Shown: piece by piece, positions 23,365 to 36,434 of the stretch
How the letters are laid out: each line of letters opens with the position of its first letter
Position numbering within the stretch: position 1 is the stretch's first letter
NCBI GenBank assembly: GCA_030390025.1
Contig: CM059432.1
Location: 87,050,001-87,114,000 of the forward strand
Length of the DNA: 64,000 nt
Source: Squalus acanthias
Taxonomy: Eukaryota
Reading direction: 5' to 3'
The notes under the pieces: model-generated
The model's database searches: none
What the model saw: the letters and a program-made list of their open reading frames with translations, nothing else
What the model was told of the DNA's origin: nothing
Position numbers and translations under genes: made by a program

Positions 23365-25215
23365 CGCAGTACAGAAGGAAACCATTTGACCAAGTGTGTC
23401 TGTGCTGACTCTTTGCTAGAGAATTCCAAAACTAATCTCACTCCTCTGAGCTCTCCCTCTGTATCTTCCTCTGATTAAAATAAAAGATGCAATTGTCTCT
23501 GACTCAACCACTCCCTGTGGCAAAGCATTCCATGCTCCAACAACCCTCTATGTAAAGAAATGTCTCCTAATCTCTCTCCTCACTCTCTTAGTAATAATAT
23601 TAAATTGAGGATGTCCTCATAACTGACTTGCCAACCAGAGGAAATAGCCTTTTAAATTCATTCTATTAAAGCTCTTTATAATTTTAAATACCGCTATTAA
23701 ATCCCCTCTTAGTTTTCTCTGCTCCAATGGAGATAGTCCCACTATCTCAATCTCTCCTCCTTATTATAGTTTCCCAACGCTGGCATCATCCTGGTAAATC
23801 TACATTGTATGCTCTATTACTTCGATATACTCTAACTGTGGCATTACCAATGTATTTTATAAATTCATCATTACGTCTTTTTTCCTGTACTCTATGCCCC
23901 TATTTATAAAATCCAAAAGCTATCAGATTGTTTTTATGACTTTATCTACCTGCACTTCTGATTTCAGGGAATCATATATTTGAAATCTTAGGTGTCTTTG
24001 TTCATCTATACCCTTAGGGGGAAAAATTCAGCTGCTTGCGCCTCCCGTTAGCGCCTTAAATGGGCGCTAATGGGGCGTAAAGCAGCTAACGCCCGGGCGC
24101 AGCGGCGCCCACGCCTCCCGAAAAATTTAGTGGGAGGTTAGCGGCGGCGGCAGCCGGTAGCGCCCTGTGGCGCTGCGCCGCCGGCGATGACGTCATCGCC
24201 GTGCGCAGCGCCCCGCTCGCGCCCCGGCCGTGATCTTCAGTCGCGCCCCCTGATTTACCGCCAGACGCTATGTCCGACGGGTTCAGGGGGGCGTACGTGC
24301 GGCCGGGGCGGCGATATTTAAAGGGGAGGTGGCAGGCGGCCATTTTTGTTGCTGGCCGCCTGCCAGCACCTGCCCCCGTTGCTGTCCCCGGCCCCCGTGA
24401 AGCCCCCCCACCGTGAAGTGCCGGCTGCGCTCCAAGAGCCCGGCACTTCTCTTGAGTGCCGGGCTCTTTTGCCGGCACTCCCGATCCCTGGGAGCCCAGC
24501 TGGGCCCCGGTTCGCGCTGCGCAAGGCCCCTCCCCTTTAAGAAGGGGAGGAAGGCCTGCAATACCGCGGCGCGACGTGCCGCAGCGCGTGGCGCTGCGGC
24601 ACGTAGCGCCAGGATATTCACTCGCAGCGCCCCAAGAGGGATGCGGGGTGCTTCCAGTTGCGCCCCGCTTCCCTCTTGGGGCGCAACCACTGAAGTTCCG
24701 GCGCGGGGCCGCTAATTTTTTCGGGGCGCTAAAAGTCGCGCCCCGGCGAGGTTAGCGCCCCAAATGGGGCGCGACTCAATTTTTACCCCTTAGTGTCTTT
24801 CTATTAAGTGTATACTCTCATTTCTTCCCCCCCCCTCCAAGATGTCTACATTAAATTGCATCTACCACCTGTCTGTCCATTCTGCTAATCTGTTTATATC
24901 TTTCTGATGTCTTTTACAGTCCTCCTCACTGTCAAAACTCCTGCTTTTGATTCTTCAGCAAGTTGCAAGATTGCGTTCCCTATACCCAAATCCAAATCAG
25001 CTACATATACCACAAACAAAAAGTGGACCCTATAATGGCCCTTGGGGTGCATCAGTTCCAACCCTTCTCCAGTCCCAGCATTTACCCTAACTCTTTATTT
25101 CTTGTCCATCAACCAACTTTCTATCTGCTTTTCCATTTCCTATTATGCCATTTGCCTGATCTTTTCTAATAAGCCTCTTGTGAGACATCTTACTGAACAC
25201 CTTCTTTAAGTAAGT
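23365..25215 (-). mobile_element. Degenerate CR1 LINE fragment interrupted by a Harbinger MITE
   Basis: The reverse strand resembles the CR1 3' end and RT region, by comparison with 43560-44750. Confidence 0.6.
24017..24789. mobile_element. PIF/Harbinger (Tourist-like) MITE, 773 bp, GC/CpG-rich
   Basis: TIR GGGGGAAAAATTCAG versus reverse complement GGGGTAAAAATTGAG (13/15). Perfect TTA TSD at 24014-24016 and 24790-24792. Repeated TAGCGCC/GGCGCTA subterminal motifs. Confidence 0.9.
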
Positions 25216-25649
25216 CTCTCGATATTCATACTTCAGTTGCTCTAGTTGTTTAGGATACGTTTTTGTTCCCTTCACTCAAAACCATTCCCCTAATGGCTTG
25301 ACTGAGATAAGGAACTTTCCATATCATTGGCTTCCGCTCACTCTGGAGCACAGCATGTTGACACATTGATTTGCCACAGTACCAGGCCATCCCCTTGCAC
25401 ATTTGAATGAATGAAAGTGATACAGAATACATACATTATTAGGACTCCCAGCATCTGAAAAAAAATCCAGCTGCAAGCTCTGAATGAGGATCAACAAGCC
25501 AGCATTACCAACAAAACAAAACATTTGCTTCCTTGTCCCCTTTCTGGATTCTAGCTAGTTGTACTCATAAACATTTCTCTACACTCAGAGCATGTTTAGT
25601 GCCTGTTCTATAAATGGATCTGATTCATTAGAAATCAACGACGAGATCT

Positions 25650-25733
25650 AGCTGGGAATTTCCTCGGGTCTTCTCCCCAGAAACCCTGGAGTTACGACGA
25701 CAGAGTGGGAAAAGCCTGAAGAAATTCACGCCC
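25650..25733. mobile_element. Possible very short MITE (about 85 bp)
   Basis: Imperfect inverted ends GAATTTCCTCGGG ... CCTGAAGAAATTC with Harbinger-like termini. Confidence 0.3.
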
Positions 25734-25783
25734 CATCATACGTCCTTATTTAAAATGTTTCTGTATTTGTTTTTTTTGGACAG

Positions 25784-25864
25784 AATTCCAACACACAAAG
25801 ACAGGTCAGCAATGGAACAGCAGTTGCCATGGAGATGGGGGTGGTGGTGACGTCAGAACTGTAA
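25784..25864 (+). CDS. Candidate terminal coding exon of an unidentified host gene (NSNTQRQVSNGTAVAMEMGVVVTSEL*)
   Basis: Strong acceptor TGTATTTGTTTTTTTTGGACAG, non-repeat context, C-terminal S-E-L PDZ-ligand-like end. The frame is not proven. Confidence 0.3.
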   Translation, partial: NSNTQRQVSNGTAVAMEMGVVVTSEL

Positions 25865-27411
25865 TGTCAGCAATGTCACTGCAGTTGACTGATTAAGGGT
25901 TCAGAGCAGCAGACAACACCAAAGTGTTTTACAGGAATGAGGATTAGAACATTTTTCTAAGCTTAGAGATAAAGAGAATAACAATATTTTTTAGCTTTAG
26001 GGCACGCAAAGTACTACACAAAAAAATCCCACCTCTATTTATTAGATTTTCCTTCTGTCCATTTTCTGTTGCCCTGAAAACATGTCATTCACCATTCCTC
26101 AGCTGACAGAGTGGACCAGTGACTGTCCCGAAGCCTAAGCCACTGGTCCTCTGTAAGAGGTTACCAGGAGGTCTGTGGCAGTGGTCCAGGTTAATTCACC
26201 CTCTGATTTTCCATCTGTTACAGTTGGAAAGCTCTTTAATTTTCTTATTTTACCTCTGCTCAGGTTCTTACCTACACTCAGTCTTACTTCTTTCCAAAGT
26301 CTTACTTTTACTCAGTCTTACCTTTGCTCAGTGTCTTACCTCCATTCTGAAAAAGGGAAGATACTCTCAACACTAATCTATGTCTTTCAGGACATTATCA
26401 GATGTGCTGTGTATTTCTGGCATTTACTGTTTTGATTTAGATTTCCAGCATTTGCAAATTTCCTTTTTGTTTTATGCAGTGAAATATTTTGCCCCAAATT
26501 CAAAAGAAGACTGCTTTCTCTATAAAAGGGAACACTCACTCAATTGGATCAGATCGGCTCCATTTGTAAGGCTTTTCTATTATTAAGTTTATGCCCATAC
26601 TCCCACACAATGACTTCCTGTCTCCTACACAAGCAAACAAGAAAGCAAGAACTGCAGACAATTATAATCCTACTACAGCTCTCTGTAAGATGAAACTAGT
26701 TATGTTATCCACTTTATACTGGCCTGGAAACAGTACAGATTGTGCAGGTATGTAGCTGGCACTGTAAAAGGGTGCCAACATAAAGCTAATGGTATAAAAC
26801 CAGTATAAAAGCTTCCCTGCTGGTTTGTCGCCTGCACGTCAGAAGTTTGCAGGTACGGACAGCTACATTTTTTGGTTTCCATTAAAAGCCCAAATTAAAT
26901 GATAGCGAAAAAGATTTGTTGTATGTTGGTACATTTAAATGAGAAAAGTTCATGGTCTGGGTTCTTGTGCAGAGGTATGTGTATTCTAATCAGTGAAGAA
27001 AGCTATCTTATTACAAATGCAATGTAAAAGGGCAGCTTTGACCTTATCATGAGTACCCAAGGGTGCAGAAAGCAGTATTACAGCAGTGCCCTCATCTCTC
27101 ATGCTGTCCTGAGTATCCATTATGTCAGTTTGTGTTACTAACGTTTGTTTTACACTGTTATGTGCTGCCATGTAGAGCAGCATGGTGTGCATATTACAGT
27201 TAGTCTTTTCCCTCTCCTAGGAGATTGCATGACTGTGGGGGGCTGGTGGAGAGGTGGGAATGTGGTTGGGGGTGATGACGCTGCACTATGTCGGGTCAGG
27301 ACAGAGTTGCTGAACCAGCTAGTCTTCGCCTGTCCTTTTTCGTGTGTTTGCATGTTAGGCTCAGAAGTGGCTGCTTTTGTGTTGCAGAACTGCTTAGAGA
27401 AAGCATTTTCT

Positions 27412-27635
27412 TTACATAGAATTTACAGCACAGAAACAGGCCATTCAGCCCAAAAATCTGTGCCGGTGTTTATGCTCCTCACGAGCCTCCTCCCACCTTA
27501 CTTCATCTCACCCTATCAGCATATCCTTCTATTCCTTTCTCCCCCCCTGTACTGATCTAGCTTTCCATTAAATGCATTCATGCTAATTGTCTCAACTGCT
27601 CCTTGTGGTAGTGAGTTTCACATTCTCACCACTGT
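27412..27635 (-). mobile_element. CR1 3'-end fragment
   Basis: CAGCACAGAAACAGGCCATTCAGCCC... and TTCACATTCTCACCACT, the reverse complement of a CR1-type 3' end. Confidence 0.6.
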
Positions 27636-27819
27636 TTTTGATATTGATAGGTGGATTCTAAGAACACAGGATCAGCAGACAAACGGTTGTGTATGTAGGG
27701 GAAGGCCAGCAATAGCCAGCCTGTACAGGCAAGTAGACCACGCAGCCTGCCTGCAGACAGAAAATAAGGCAGCTAATTTCACTGGAGGCATCAGAGAAAA
27801 CCACATGTTCAGGTGGGAA

Positions 27820-28115
27820 TTGGTGAGTTTATTCAGTGAGTAGCTGCGCCATACAGAGCAGGAAGGTGCCAGGTTTGATCACTGGCTTGTGCTGAATTAG
27901 CTGATCTCAGCTGTGGGGAGAGGGAGTGAGGGGGTGGCGAGGTGGGATTTGATTTTGATCTCTGTCATGTTTGTGGACATCAGGTGATGACCAGATCAGG
28001 TTCAGCTCTAATGACCCTACAGTTGAATAGTTTTCTGATGCAATTAGTTAAGGATTAACATATTAATAATGGATGCTTGTGTGAGGTACTGGAGAGTGCT
28101 CAGTGCACATGGAGC
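27820..28115 (+). mobile_element. Old tRNA-derived SINE-like repeat
   Basis: B-box-like GGTTTGATC followed by TTAGCTGATCTCAGC. Similar to 62590-62850 (-). Confidence 0.4.
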
Positions 28116-28126
28116 AATGAGTCAAT

Positions 28127-30810
28127 GGCCTAGAAATTCCTTGATGTGAATTACAATGCTGTTGCCCTTTTAAAAAAAGGCGCCCGCTGGTGGCTTCTAG
28201 AAATTACACGCGGGCTTCCTGGGTCTGCTCATCTACATTCCTATTGGAGCAGGCATCGGTGCAAAGTCTGTGTAGAATGGGTGTAAGTAGCTGAATTATC
28301 TGGAAACTTCGGTGCAGCCTTTAAAATGACAATTCAGCCTGTACTCTTCAGCAGCAGAACGGGGGACAAACAGGTAAAAAAGCAACAGTGCTTGGCTCTT
28401 TCACTTCACTGTAATAAGTTTACTGTATGACTTATCAATATTTTTATTATACTTGCACAGAATTATGACCACTCAAGCACCACCTGTGCCCAGAGGGCAG
28501 CAGGGCATGGCACCATCCAAGAGAAGGTCAGAAAACCTTACTGATTACAGATCCTCATGGTCTCCTCAAGAAACTCAAAGTCAGGAAGCACGGACACCAA
28601 GCCAACCTAGATGGAGGTGGCACTAGAATTGAATGCCAATTCCCTTACCCCTAGGACTGCAGAACAGTGAGCAAGAAGTTCAATGGCTTTACCAGGTTAG
28701 GCAAGGGCACTCTTGACACAAGCACACTTTTCACCCTCTTAAAGCAACATTTCCACAATTAACCCTTCACACTGCACTCTGATTCTAAGTCCATAACTCT
28801 AACTCCATATCCCGCACTACACAATTCTGCTAACAGCAATAACTAGCTTGCACAACCAGAAAACTCTTTCCTCCACTTTAATAAACTCTTTCCTCAAATC
28901 TCTTATTTCACCTTTCCCATGCCACTTGGCACACACCCCTCCACTGCCAGCCTTACCCTCATTCACTTTATCTTCTTGCAGTACAAATTGGCACACAATG
29001 CCTGCCAGAGGCAGGCCACCAGAGAAGGTATCCCCATGTTTACACCCCTCACCTTTGTAAGGGTAAGGACATGCAATTTGTGGGCACTTGTTCAACTCTT
29101 GCTATCAGAGACGGCCAGGTTAGTAGTGTCTTGCGGGTGCCATGTTAGTGACTGAGCACCTACATTGTTGCCCTGATGTCCCTCTGAAGCACCACACAGA
29201 CAGAACCTTCCACTCCCTTTCTCTGTTGCCTTAATCCCAAGGGAGTAATGCTCACCCATTCTAATTTTACCTTCTAATCTCCTTTCCTGCAGATCCACCA
29301 ATGGAGGACATGGGAGGCGGAAGATGAGGAGAAGCTAGGGAACTATTTCTCCCTGGTTGCATATGATGATGACAATAATGAGGAAGAAGAGTACAAGAAC
29401 TGGGACACTTTCCCCGTGGAGTTGCATTATCCTGCCTTGTCTTCCTCTGACCTAATCCCTGCTGATTCACCACATGCATAAATGACTTCCTCACTCCCGG
29501 GCAGCCACTCAGATTTTTTTCACATGGGTGGACTTAGGTAGTGGGAGTGAGCAATGTGGCAATGGGTGATTCACAGAACATGACTGAACCAGAGGAGTGG
29601 GAAGTGGATGAGAATGTTCCACCTTCTCAGCGGAGACTGAGGAGAAGGCTGCCCATGGCTCTAGATTTTTGGGAGCCAGCACGCATGGGTACTCGCCTGA
29701 AAAGAAGGATGTTTGATGAACATCGCACCTATGTGCAGCCTCTGAGGATAATTTCTAAGTATATGCAGCAACTGACAGGTGTGGCCCTCGAGCCTACAGC
29801 TCTCTTTTGTGGCAACATCACAGAAGTTTTGACTTCCTCACAGGTGCTAATGGAGCAAGTGGCAGCTTCAGTGGAATTTGCAGTAGATTCCCAGCTGAGC
29901 AGCAGCCAGGGACCAGTCGGTGCTCCACTCCTGGAAGCACAGACTGCAGCTCTGGAGGCAGTAGGGCACTGAGTGGAGTGAAGCAGGAATTGCAGCTTCC
30001 AGACTCTGGTGACCACTGTGTCTTAAGGCTTTCAGGACCTGATAGCTTCTATTAGACAGCTATGCTACTGATCATTGGGGCCACTGGCTTCAGGGTGAAG
30101 GCTGGAGTCCTCCTGCCTGATACTGCCTTCTCTCAGGACAGCAGCACATGCCAGACCTCTGGCCTTCCCCCTCAGAGAACCACGCCAGTGAAACCTGGGA
30201 GGAGAGACCAGCCTGCCTAGGAGCATGCTCCGAGATCCGAGGAGCCAGCTATAATGTGATGAGGGCCACCTCAGTTCCATGACCTTGCTATACAGCATGA
30301 AGAGCCAACCACCTCCTGCTATACAGGCCTTCAGGTGACACTTAGAACACTTTGGTAGGTGATAGAAAAGCATGTGTAGGCACCCAGTGTTAAGAAAGAG
30401 TAGGATGATTGTTTGCACTTTGCAATTATTGTACTGAAATAAACTGGTGCAGAAAATGGTGCACTCATTTGGTGTTGACTGTTACTTGGGTAATGACTAC
30501 TGGCATGGTCATGCCAGGCGAAAAGGGCTGATATGTTGCCATGTGGTAGGATGGGTAGTCGATTGAGGGAATGTCTCTTTATTTGCAAGTATGGGAGGAA
30601 AAGGTCCAAGTAGACTGAGTTAGAAAGAGAAGAAGACTCCTCAGAGCATCTTTCCTTTGTTGCCCCTTTCAGCAGTCAGCGAGGACTCCTGAGTAGGAGT
30701 AGGATAGAGAATTGAAGTGGCAAGTTACAGGGACTTCAGGGTCAAATTTGCAGACAGAACAGAGATGTTTGGCAAAGTGGTCGGTTTCCCCAATGTACAG
30801 AAGGACACAT
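28127..30810 (+). mobile_element. Old, heavily degraded Harbinger relic
   Basis: Terminus-like GGCCTAGAAATTCC. Myb exon-1 relic EVALELNANSLTPRTAEQ...KKFNGFTRLGK (about 28610-28705). Exon-2 relic YKLAHNACQRQATREG after CAG at about 28981. Exon-3-like ORF 29541-29972. Transposase-like EMFGKVVGFPNVQ at about 30763-30801. Confidence 0.65.
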
Positions 30811-30829
30811 TGTGAGCAACAGATATAGT

Positions 30830-31300
30830 ATACTAGGTTGATTGGAGGAAATTCCTGCTCCTCCAGTACTGGATGTCAGACAAGCAGTCTGACAATTTAG
30901 AGACTGGAGGGGTCAAGAGAAGTGGTGGTGAGATAGAGCTGGGTGTTGTCAGCGTACATGTGGAAACTGACGCTTTGTTTTTGAATGATGTCGCTGAGGG
31001 GCAGCATGTAGATGAGAAATAGGAGGGGGCCAAGGATAGATCCTTGGGGGACACCACAGGTAACGATGCGGGAGCAGGAAGAGAAGCCATTGCAGGTGAT
31101 TCTCTGGCTACGATTAGACAGATAGGAATGGAACCAGGCGAGTGCAGTCCCACCCAGCTGGACGACAGTGGAGAGGCGTTGGAGGAAGCTGGAGTGGTCA
31201 ACCTTGTCAAAGCCTGCAAACAAGTCGAGAAGGACGAGGAGGGATAGTTTACCATTGTCACAGCCACATAGGATGCCATTTGTGACTTTGATAAGAGCTA
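30830..31300 (-). mobile_element. L2 LINE RT fragment
   Basis: ALIKVTN, LLVLLDL..FDKVDH, GVPQGSILGPLLF, YADNTQLY. Confidence 0.9.
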
Positions 31301-31833
31301 GATGAGCTGTGAAGTAAGCCTTTTCCTTTTTAAAGTTGAGTGTATGGTAAGACATTTGCTGGAGTGAGAGTGCTGAAACTTTCTTTTTCAAATATATATA
31401 ATCAAGACATCTATATTTTGAAGTGTAATAACTATGTTATAAGGGAAGCAAATAACAGCTCATTGCAAGCTGCAGTGTGATCTGAGAGGCAGAAAGATAT
31501 AATTGAACAAACACTCATAACCATGTAAGTTCAGGTCATGTGCGAATGCAACTGAATAAAGTGTAAACTATTTGGTGGCTGGAGAGCCCCTTTAGTATCA
31601 CACGCAAATAAATCTGGCGCGTTACCAAGGGAGCCTGTAATTTGAAACGGTGTCTATTCCTAAAAATACATTTTTAAAGAATCTGTTGCAGAGTCTGGCT
31701 ATGTAGTGTCCACGTTCTTCAGAATTCACATGAGGAAATCAAGAAACTGGCTGTTTGAACCAGTAGTAAAGTGCGCAAGTTTTCTAAGTTGGTTTGCAGT
31801 GTGGTGATGCTTTGGCATGCAGTGACGCAGGAT

Positions 31834-31961
31834 TCAAACTGTGATTCTACCCACGATCTTGGCCGTGTCTCTCCACTCAACAGCAGGAGTGTACATGGAC
31901 CTGGGCCGCAGACCTGTGTCCCACTGCCTTCCCAGCACATAGACGCCACAGACGGCAAAGG
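31834..31961 (-). CDS. Candidate terminal coding exon of an unidentified host gene (xFAVCGVYVLGRQWDTGLRPRSMYTPAVEWRDTAKIVGRITV*)
   Basis: Acceptor CTTTATTTTTTAAG, phase-1 open frame of 128 nt to TGA, GC-richer than the flanks, unique (non-repeat) sequence. Confidence 0.4.
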
Positions 31962-32892
31962 CTTAAAAAATAAAGCCGTAGTTTGAGCTGCTCACATTAC
32001 GTTATGATCTACCAGCTCGTCACAGCATAACGCAGAGGTGAGGCACTCCTCCACCATAGGGGAGGAAAAATTAACCCAAAAAAAGCTCCGGTGCATTTAC
32101 TCATGGTCAGTTACATACGAACATCAGCAAAGAACAACAAATAGGTCGTCTGTTTCTCCCTCCCCTCCCTTCCCCTGTGTGCTGGAGTTGAATAAACGAG
32201 TCAAAAAAGTGGACATTTAACGGTTAACTATGCAAAATTCAAGAAACATTGATTCTCATTATGGGACTGGACATTAATGTGTGAGAGTGACTGTATCTTC
32301 AGTCCTCTTAAAGTGATGTTGCAGCAGTTAGTAACTGAGAGCCACTTAGGCTCGAGTGTTACAGACACAAACAGGTGGAGCTTGGGTTTCTTGTGCTGGA
32401 GCAGCTGCATGTACTGCCTGACTATTGAGAGTCAAGATTACCTCTGACCCCAGCTGACTATTAATCTTGTATTAATGGCTGTAAGATGAAGCAGAGTTAA
32501 TTAAAGAACTTCCAAGGGATGCGGTGGGGGTGCCAGGTGGGAAGGTGGTGGCTGGAATGTGCCGACGCAGTTTACATGGCAACAGCTGCACTTTTTCTTT
32601 ATTTAGAATGTACTTGGAGTTTAGGAGAAGAAATAAGCAGTTGATTTTTTTTAAAGTGCCACTATATTCAAGTGATACATTATAGCCCAGGGTGACATTT
32701 TAATTTGAAAAACACAAAACGTAAGATTGAATAAGTGCATCACACCAATTATACGCTGCAGTTTTGCTTTTAATTAGATCTAATTTTAGATGAATCGCAA
32801 GATGGCTCCAGCTGTAGTTTATTTTAGCCGGTTCTAAAACTGTCAGAGACTCAGCAGCAACAAAGAATAATAGCACAGATGGAGACACTCAC

Positions 32893-32908
32893 AATAAGGG
32901 CTCTTGAG
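32893..32908 (-). CDS. Candidate 16-nt microexon (CTCAAGAGCCCTTATT)
   Basis: Near-consensus acceptor TTCTTCTCCTCGCAG and donor GTGAGT. If entered in phase 0 (LKSPY), it is phase-compatible with the exon at 31834-31961. Confidence 0.3.
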
Positions 32909-33679
32909 CTGCGAGGAGAAGAATGGGATCCAGTTGTGCACATTGAATAATGAACTTTAGTTGACACAGAATCACCTTGCACCAAGTTTGTCAAATGTAT
33001 ATCAGTAAAAAAGGTAACATTTTATGTTTTCTCTCTTTTCCCCCTCTTCAAGGTCAAAGATGTCAAATATAAGTACAAATAAGAGAAACCATTTCACTCA
33101 TCTAGCTCATTTTTTTCACAGAAATCTAAGGTTATCCCATCACAACATCCAACTGTGTCTTGAATGACTCCAGAGTTTTTGCTTCTGTTATCCTACAGAG
33201 AAGACCATTTCATGTATTAATCATTCTTTGTGCAAAGAAGTGGTTCCTGACACCAGTCCTGAACTTACTGTTTTGCCAGTTTGTATCTATATCCACTTGT
33301 TCTACAGTTGTGTGATTTAACTTAAAATACTGCTCAGTATTTATGTTTTATGTTTCAGGATTTGTGATCAATTTTGTCTGCATGGAAAGAATTTTGGGAT
33401 TCAATTATATTTAAGGGATGTGTTTTAAAACAGTGACTTTGCACATATTTAAAAAGGAAGACCACAGGAAGGATGTGCATTAAAACCAGATGAGCCAGTT
33501 TGGGGGTTGTCACAATTTAGTCTACTTCAAACTGATCCATTGAGGATCTGTTGTTTAGTTCAGACCCATTTGCCAGGATGATCAGGGACATTATGCAATT
33601 TGTCATATTGTTGCAGGTGGCTAAATAATATTCATACCCATTTTGGTGAGGATGATTATGTTCGTGTGGCATGGGAGAA

Positions 33680-36434
33680 AGGCGGTAGTAGGTTTGACGG
33701 AAACTTGGGTGATGACACCTTCCCCCTTAATGAAGCCTCCCCACCTGGCTATACCTTTCACCTCATTCCCCATCCAGACCACTGCGGTGGTGATGTGGCT
33801 CTTATCACCAAATCACAACTTGGTCTGACTCCCAAATCCTCTGGCACCTACTCCTCCTTTGAGCATCAGGCCTTGTTACACGCCTCTCGGCTCTCTTTTA
33901 AAATCTTCATTCTCTACCGCCCACCCAAGACCACAGCAAGTTTCTCACCAAGATATCTTCACTGCTTTCCTCCCTTAGCCTCTGCACCATGTGACTTCGC
34001 ATCCTCTGTAATTTCAGCCTCCATCGCAACTCATCATGCTCTCTCCTCTGAGCTCACTGCCCTCCTATCCTCCCTTAATCTCTTCCTCCATATAAACTCC
34101 CCAACCCATATTCACGACCACTACCTCAACTTTGCCATCTCACGTGGCCTCTTTACTCCCATCGTGTCAATCACAGATACGGCCACATCTGATCACCTCC
34201 TTGTATCACTCTCCACCCACATCCCCCTTCCCCCTCCTAACTCTACTTCCTTCTGTGTCCACCCCTAGAAAAAACACTCCCCCCAAGTCATTTACATTGG
34301 CATTTTCAAATTCCCAAGTCTAGCCTCTGGCCTTCCATTCACCATGACATTTCTGCTCAATCAAACCCTCACCTCCACCTTTGATGCCTTTGTTCTGAGT
34401 AAAAGCATTACTCTCTCTCCCCGGGTCGTTCCCACTAGTATGGTCATCATCTCCGCTCCCTTAAGTGCAAGGGTCACAGACTTGAGTGTTTATGGCAGAT
34501 AACTCGTTTAGTTATTCATCGCCATAAAGCACTATCAGGTCCTACTCTCCTCTGCCAAAACTGCTCACTATTCCAGGCTCATCCTGGAAAGCAAAAATAA
34601 CCCCGGCTTCTCTACTTCACTACAAACCTCTCCCCTGTCTCCTCCACCCTCACCTCCAACAACAAGTGTGAGGAGCTCATGGACTCCTTTGTCACTAAGT
34701 TTGAGACCATCCGTTCAACGGCCTCTGCTACTTCCCTCTCTTCTCTTGGCCCACCAAGCTGAACTTCCCCTGTTGCCCCCTGCCCTAATCCTGAACTTGC
34801 ATCTTTCTCTAGTTTCTCTTCGATCTCTCCTCATGCCATCTCCAAGATCAACATGTCCCTGAGACCCATCTTCTACTCCCTCAACCCTATTCCCACCAAA
34901 CTCCTCACCACCCAACTTATCTTCCTGGCCCCCATGTTAGCTGATACTGTTAACGGTTCCCTCTCCTCAGGTACTATCCCACTCCCCTTCAAAGTGTCCG
35001 TCATCACCCGCCTCATCAAAAAACTCACCCTTGACCCCTCTGTCCTTGCAAACAACCGCCCCATCTCCAATCTGCCTTTCCTCTCCAAAGTCCTTGAATG
35101 TATTGTCGCCTCCCAAATCCATGTCCATCTTTGCTGCAACTCCATGTTTGAACCCCTCCAATCAGGTTTCTGCTCCTGCCACAGTACCGAAACAGCCCTT
35201 ATCAAATTCACAAATGACATTCTGTGTGACTGTGACCATGGTTAGATCTCTCCTCATCCTTCTTGACATGTCTTCAGCCTTTGACATGGTTGACCACAAC
35301 ATCCTCCTCCAGCTTTGTGGGACTGCTCTCATCTGGTTTCATTCTTATCTATCCAGTAATAGCCAGAGAATAACCTGCAATGGCTTCTCTTCCCACTCCC
35401 GCACCGCTGATTGTTACCTCTGGAGTGCCCCAGGATCTATCCTTGGGCCCCTCCTATTTCTCATCTACATGCTGCTCCTTGGCGACATCATCCGAAAACA
35501 CAACGTTAGGTTCCACACCTCACCACCCCTCTCTCGACCCCTCCACCGTCTCTGATTTGTCACGCTGCTTGTCCAACATCCAGTACTGGATGAGCAGGAA
35601 TGTTCTCCAACTAAATATTGGGAAGACCAAAGCTATTGACTCGGTCCCTGGTCCAAACGCTGTTCCCTAGCCACCGACTCCACCCCTTTCCCTGGTCACT
35701 GCCTGCGGCTGAACCAACCTTTCACAACTGTGGTGTCCTATTTGATCCTGAGCTGAGCTTATGACCACATATCTGCTCCATCATCAATATTGCCTACTTC
35801 CATCTCCGTAACATCGCCCATCTCGGCCCCTGCATCAGTTCATTTGCTGCTGAAACCCTCATTCATGCTGTTGTTATCTCTAGACTTGACTATTCCAATG
35901 CTCTCCTGATTGGCCTCCCCTCTTCACCCGCCATAAAATTGAATTCATCCAAAATTCTGCTGCCCATATCCTAACTCACACCAAGTCCTGTTCACCCATC
36001 ACCCCTGTGCTCACTGACCTATATTGGCTCCCGGTCCAGCAACGCCTCAATTTAAAAATTCTCATCCTTGTTTTCAAAGCTCTCCATGACCTCGCCCTTC
36101 TCTATCTCAGTAACCTCCTTCAGCCCTGCAACCCTTCGAGATCTCTGCACTCCTTCAATTCTGGCCTCTCTAGTTTTTAGAGTGTATCCCCGATTTTAAT
36201 CATTCCACCATTGGTGGCCATGCCTTCAGCTGCCTGGACCCTAAGCTCTGGAATTCCCTCTCTAAACCTCTCTACCTCTCTATCTCTTTCTCCTCCTTTA
36301 ATACACCCCTTAAAACCTACCTCTTCACCTGTCCTAATATCTTGTGGCTCAGTGTCTGATAACGCTCCTGTGAAGCGCCTTGTGACGTTTTACTACTTTA
36401 AAGATGCTATATAAATGCAAGTTGTTGTTGTTGT
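33680..36434 (+). mobile_element. L2-clade LINE, most of ORF2 (APE endonuclease and RT), pseudogenised, with (GTT)n tail
   Basis: LTETW, GGDVAL, LYRPP, SDHLLV (endonuclease). NRPISNLPFLSKVLE, HSTETALIK, SILGPLLF, SRLDY (RT and downstream). Many frameshifts. Confidence 0.92.

Noticed and set aside
24086..24755. Cluster of overlapping 64-135 aa ORFs or a CpG-island promoter
   Set aside because: All lie within a TIR/TSD-bounded GC-rich MITE, and open frames are expected from its composition.
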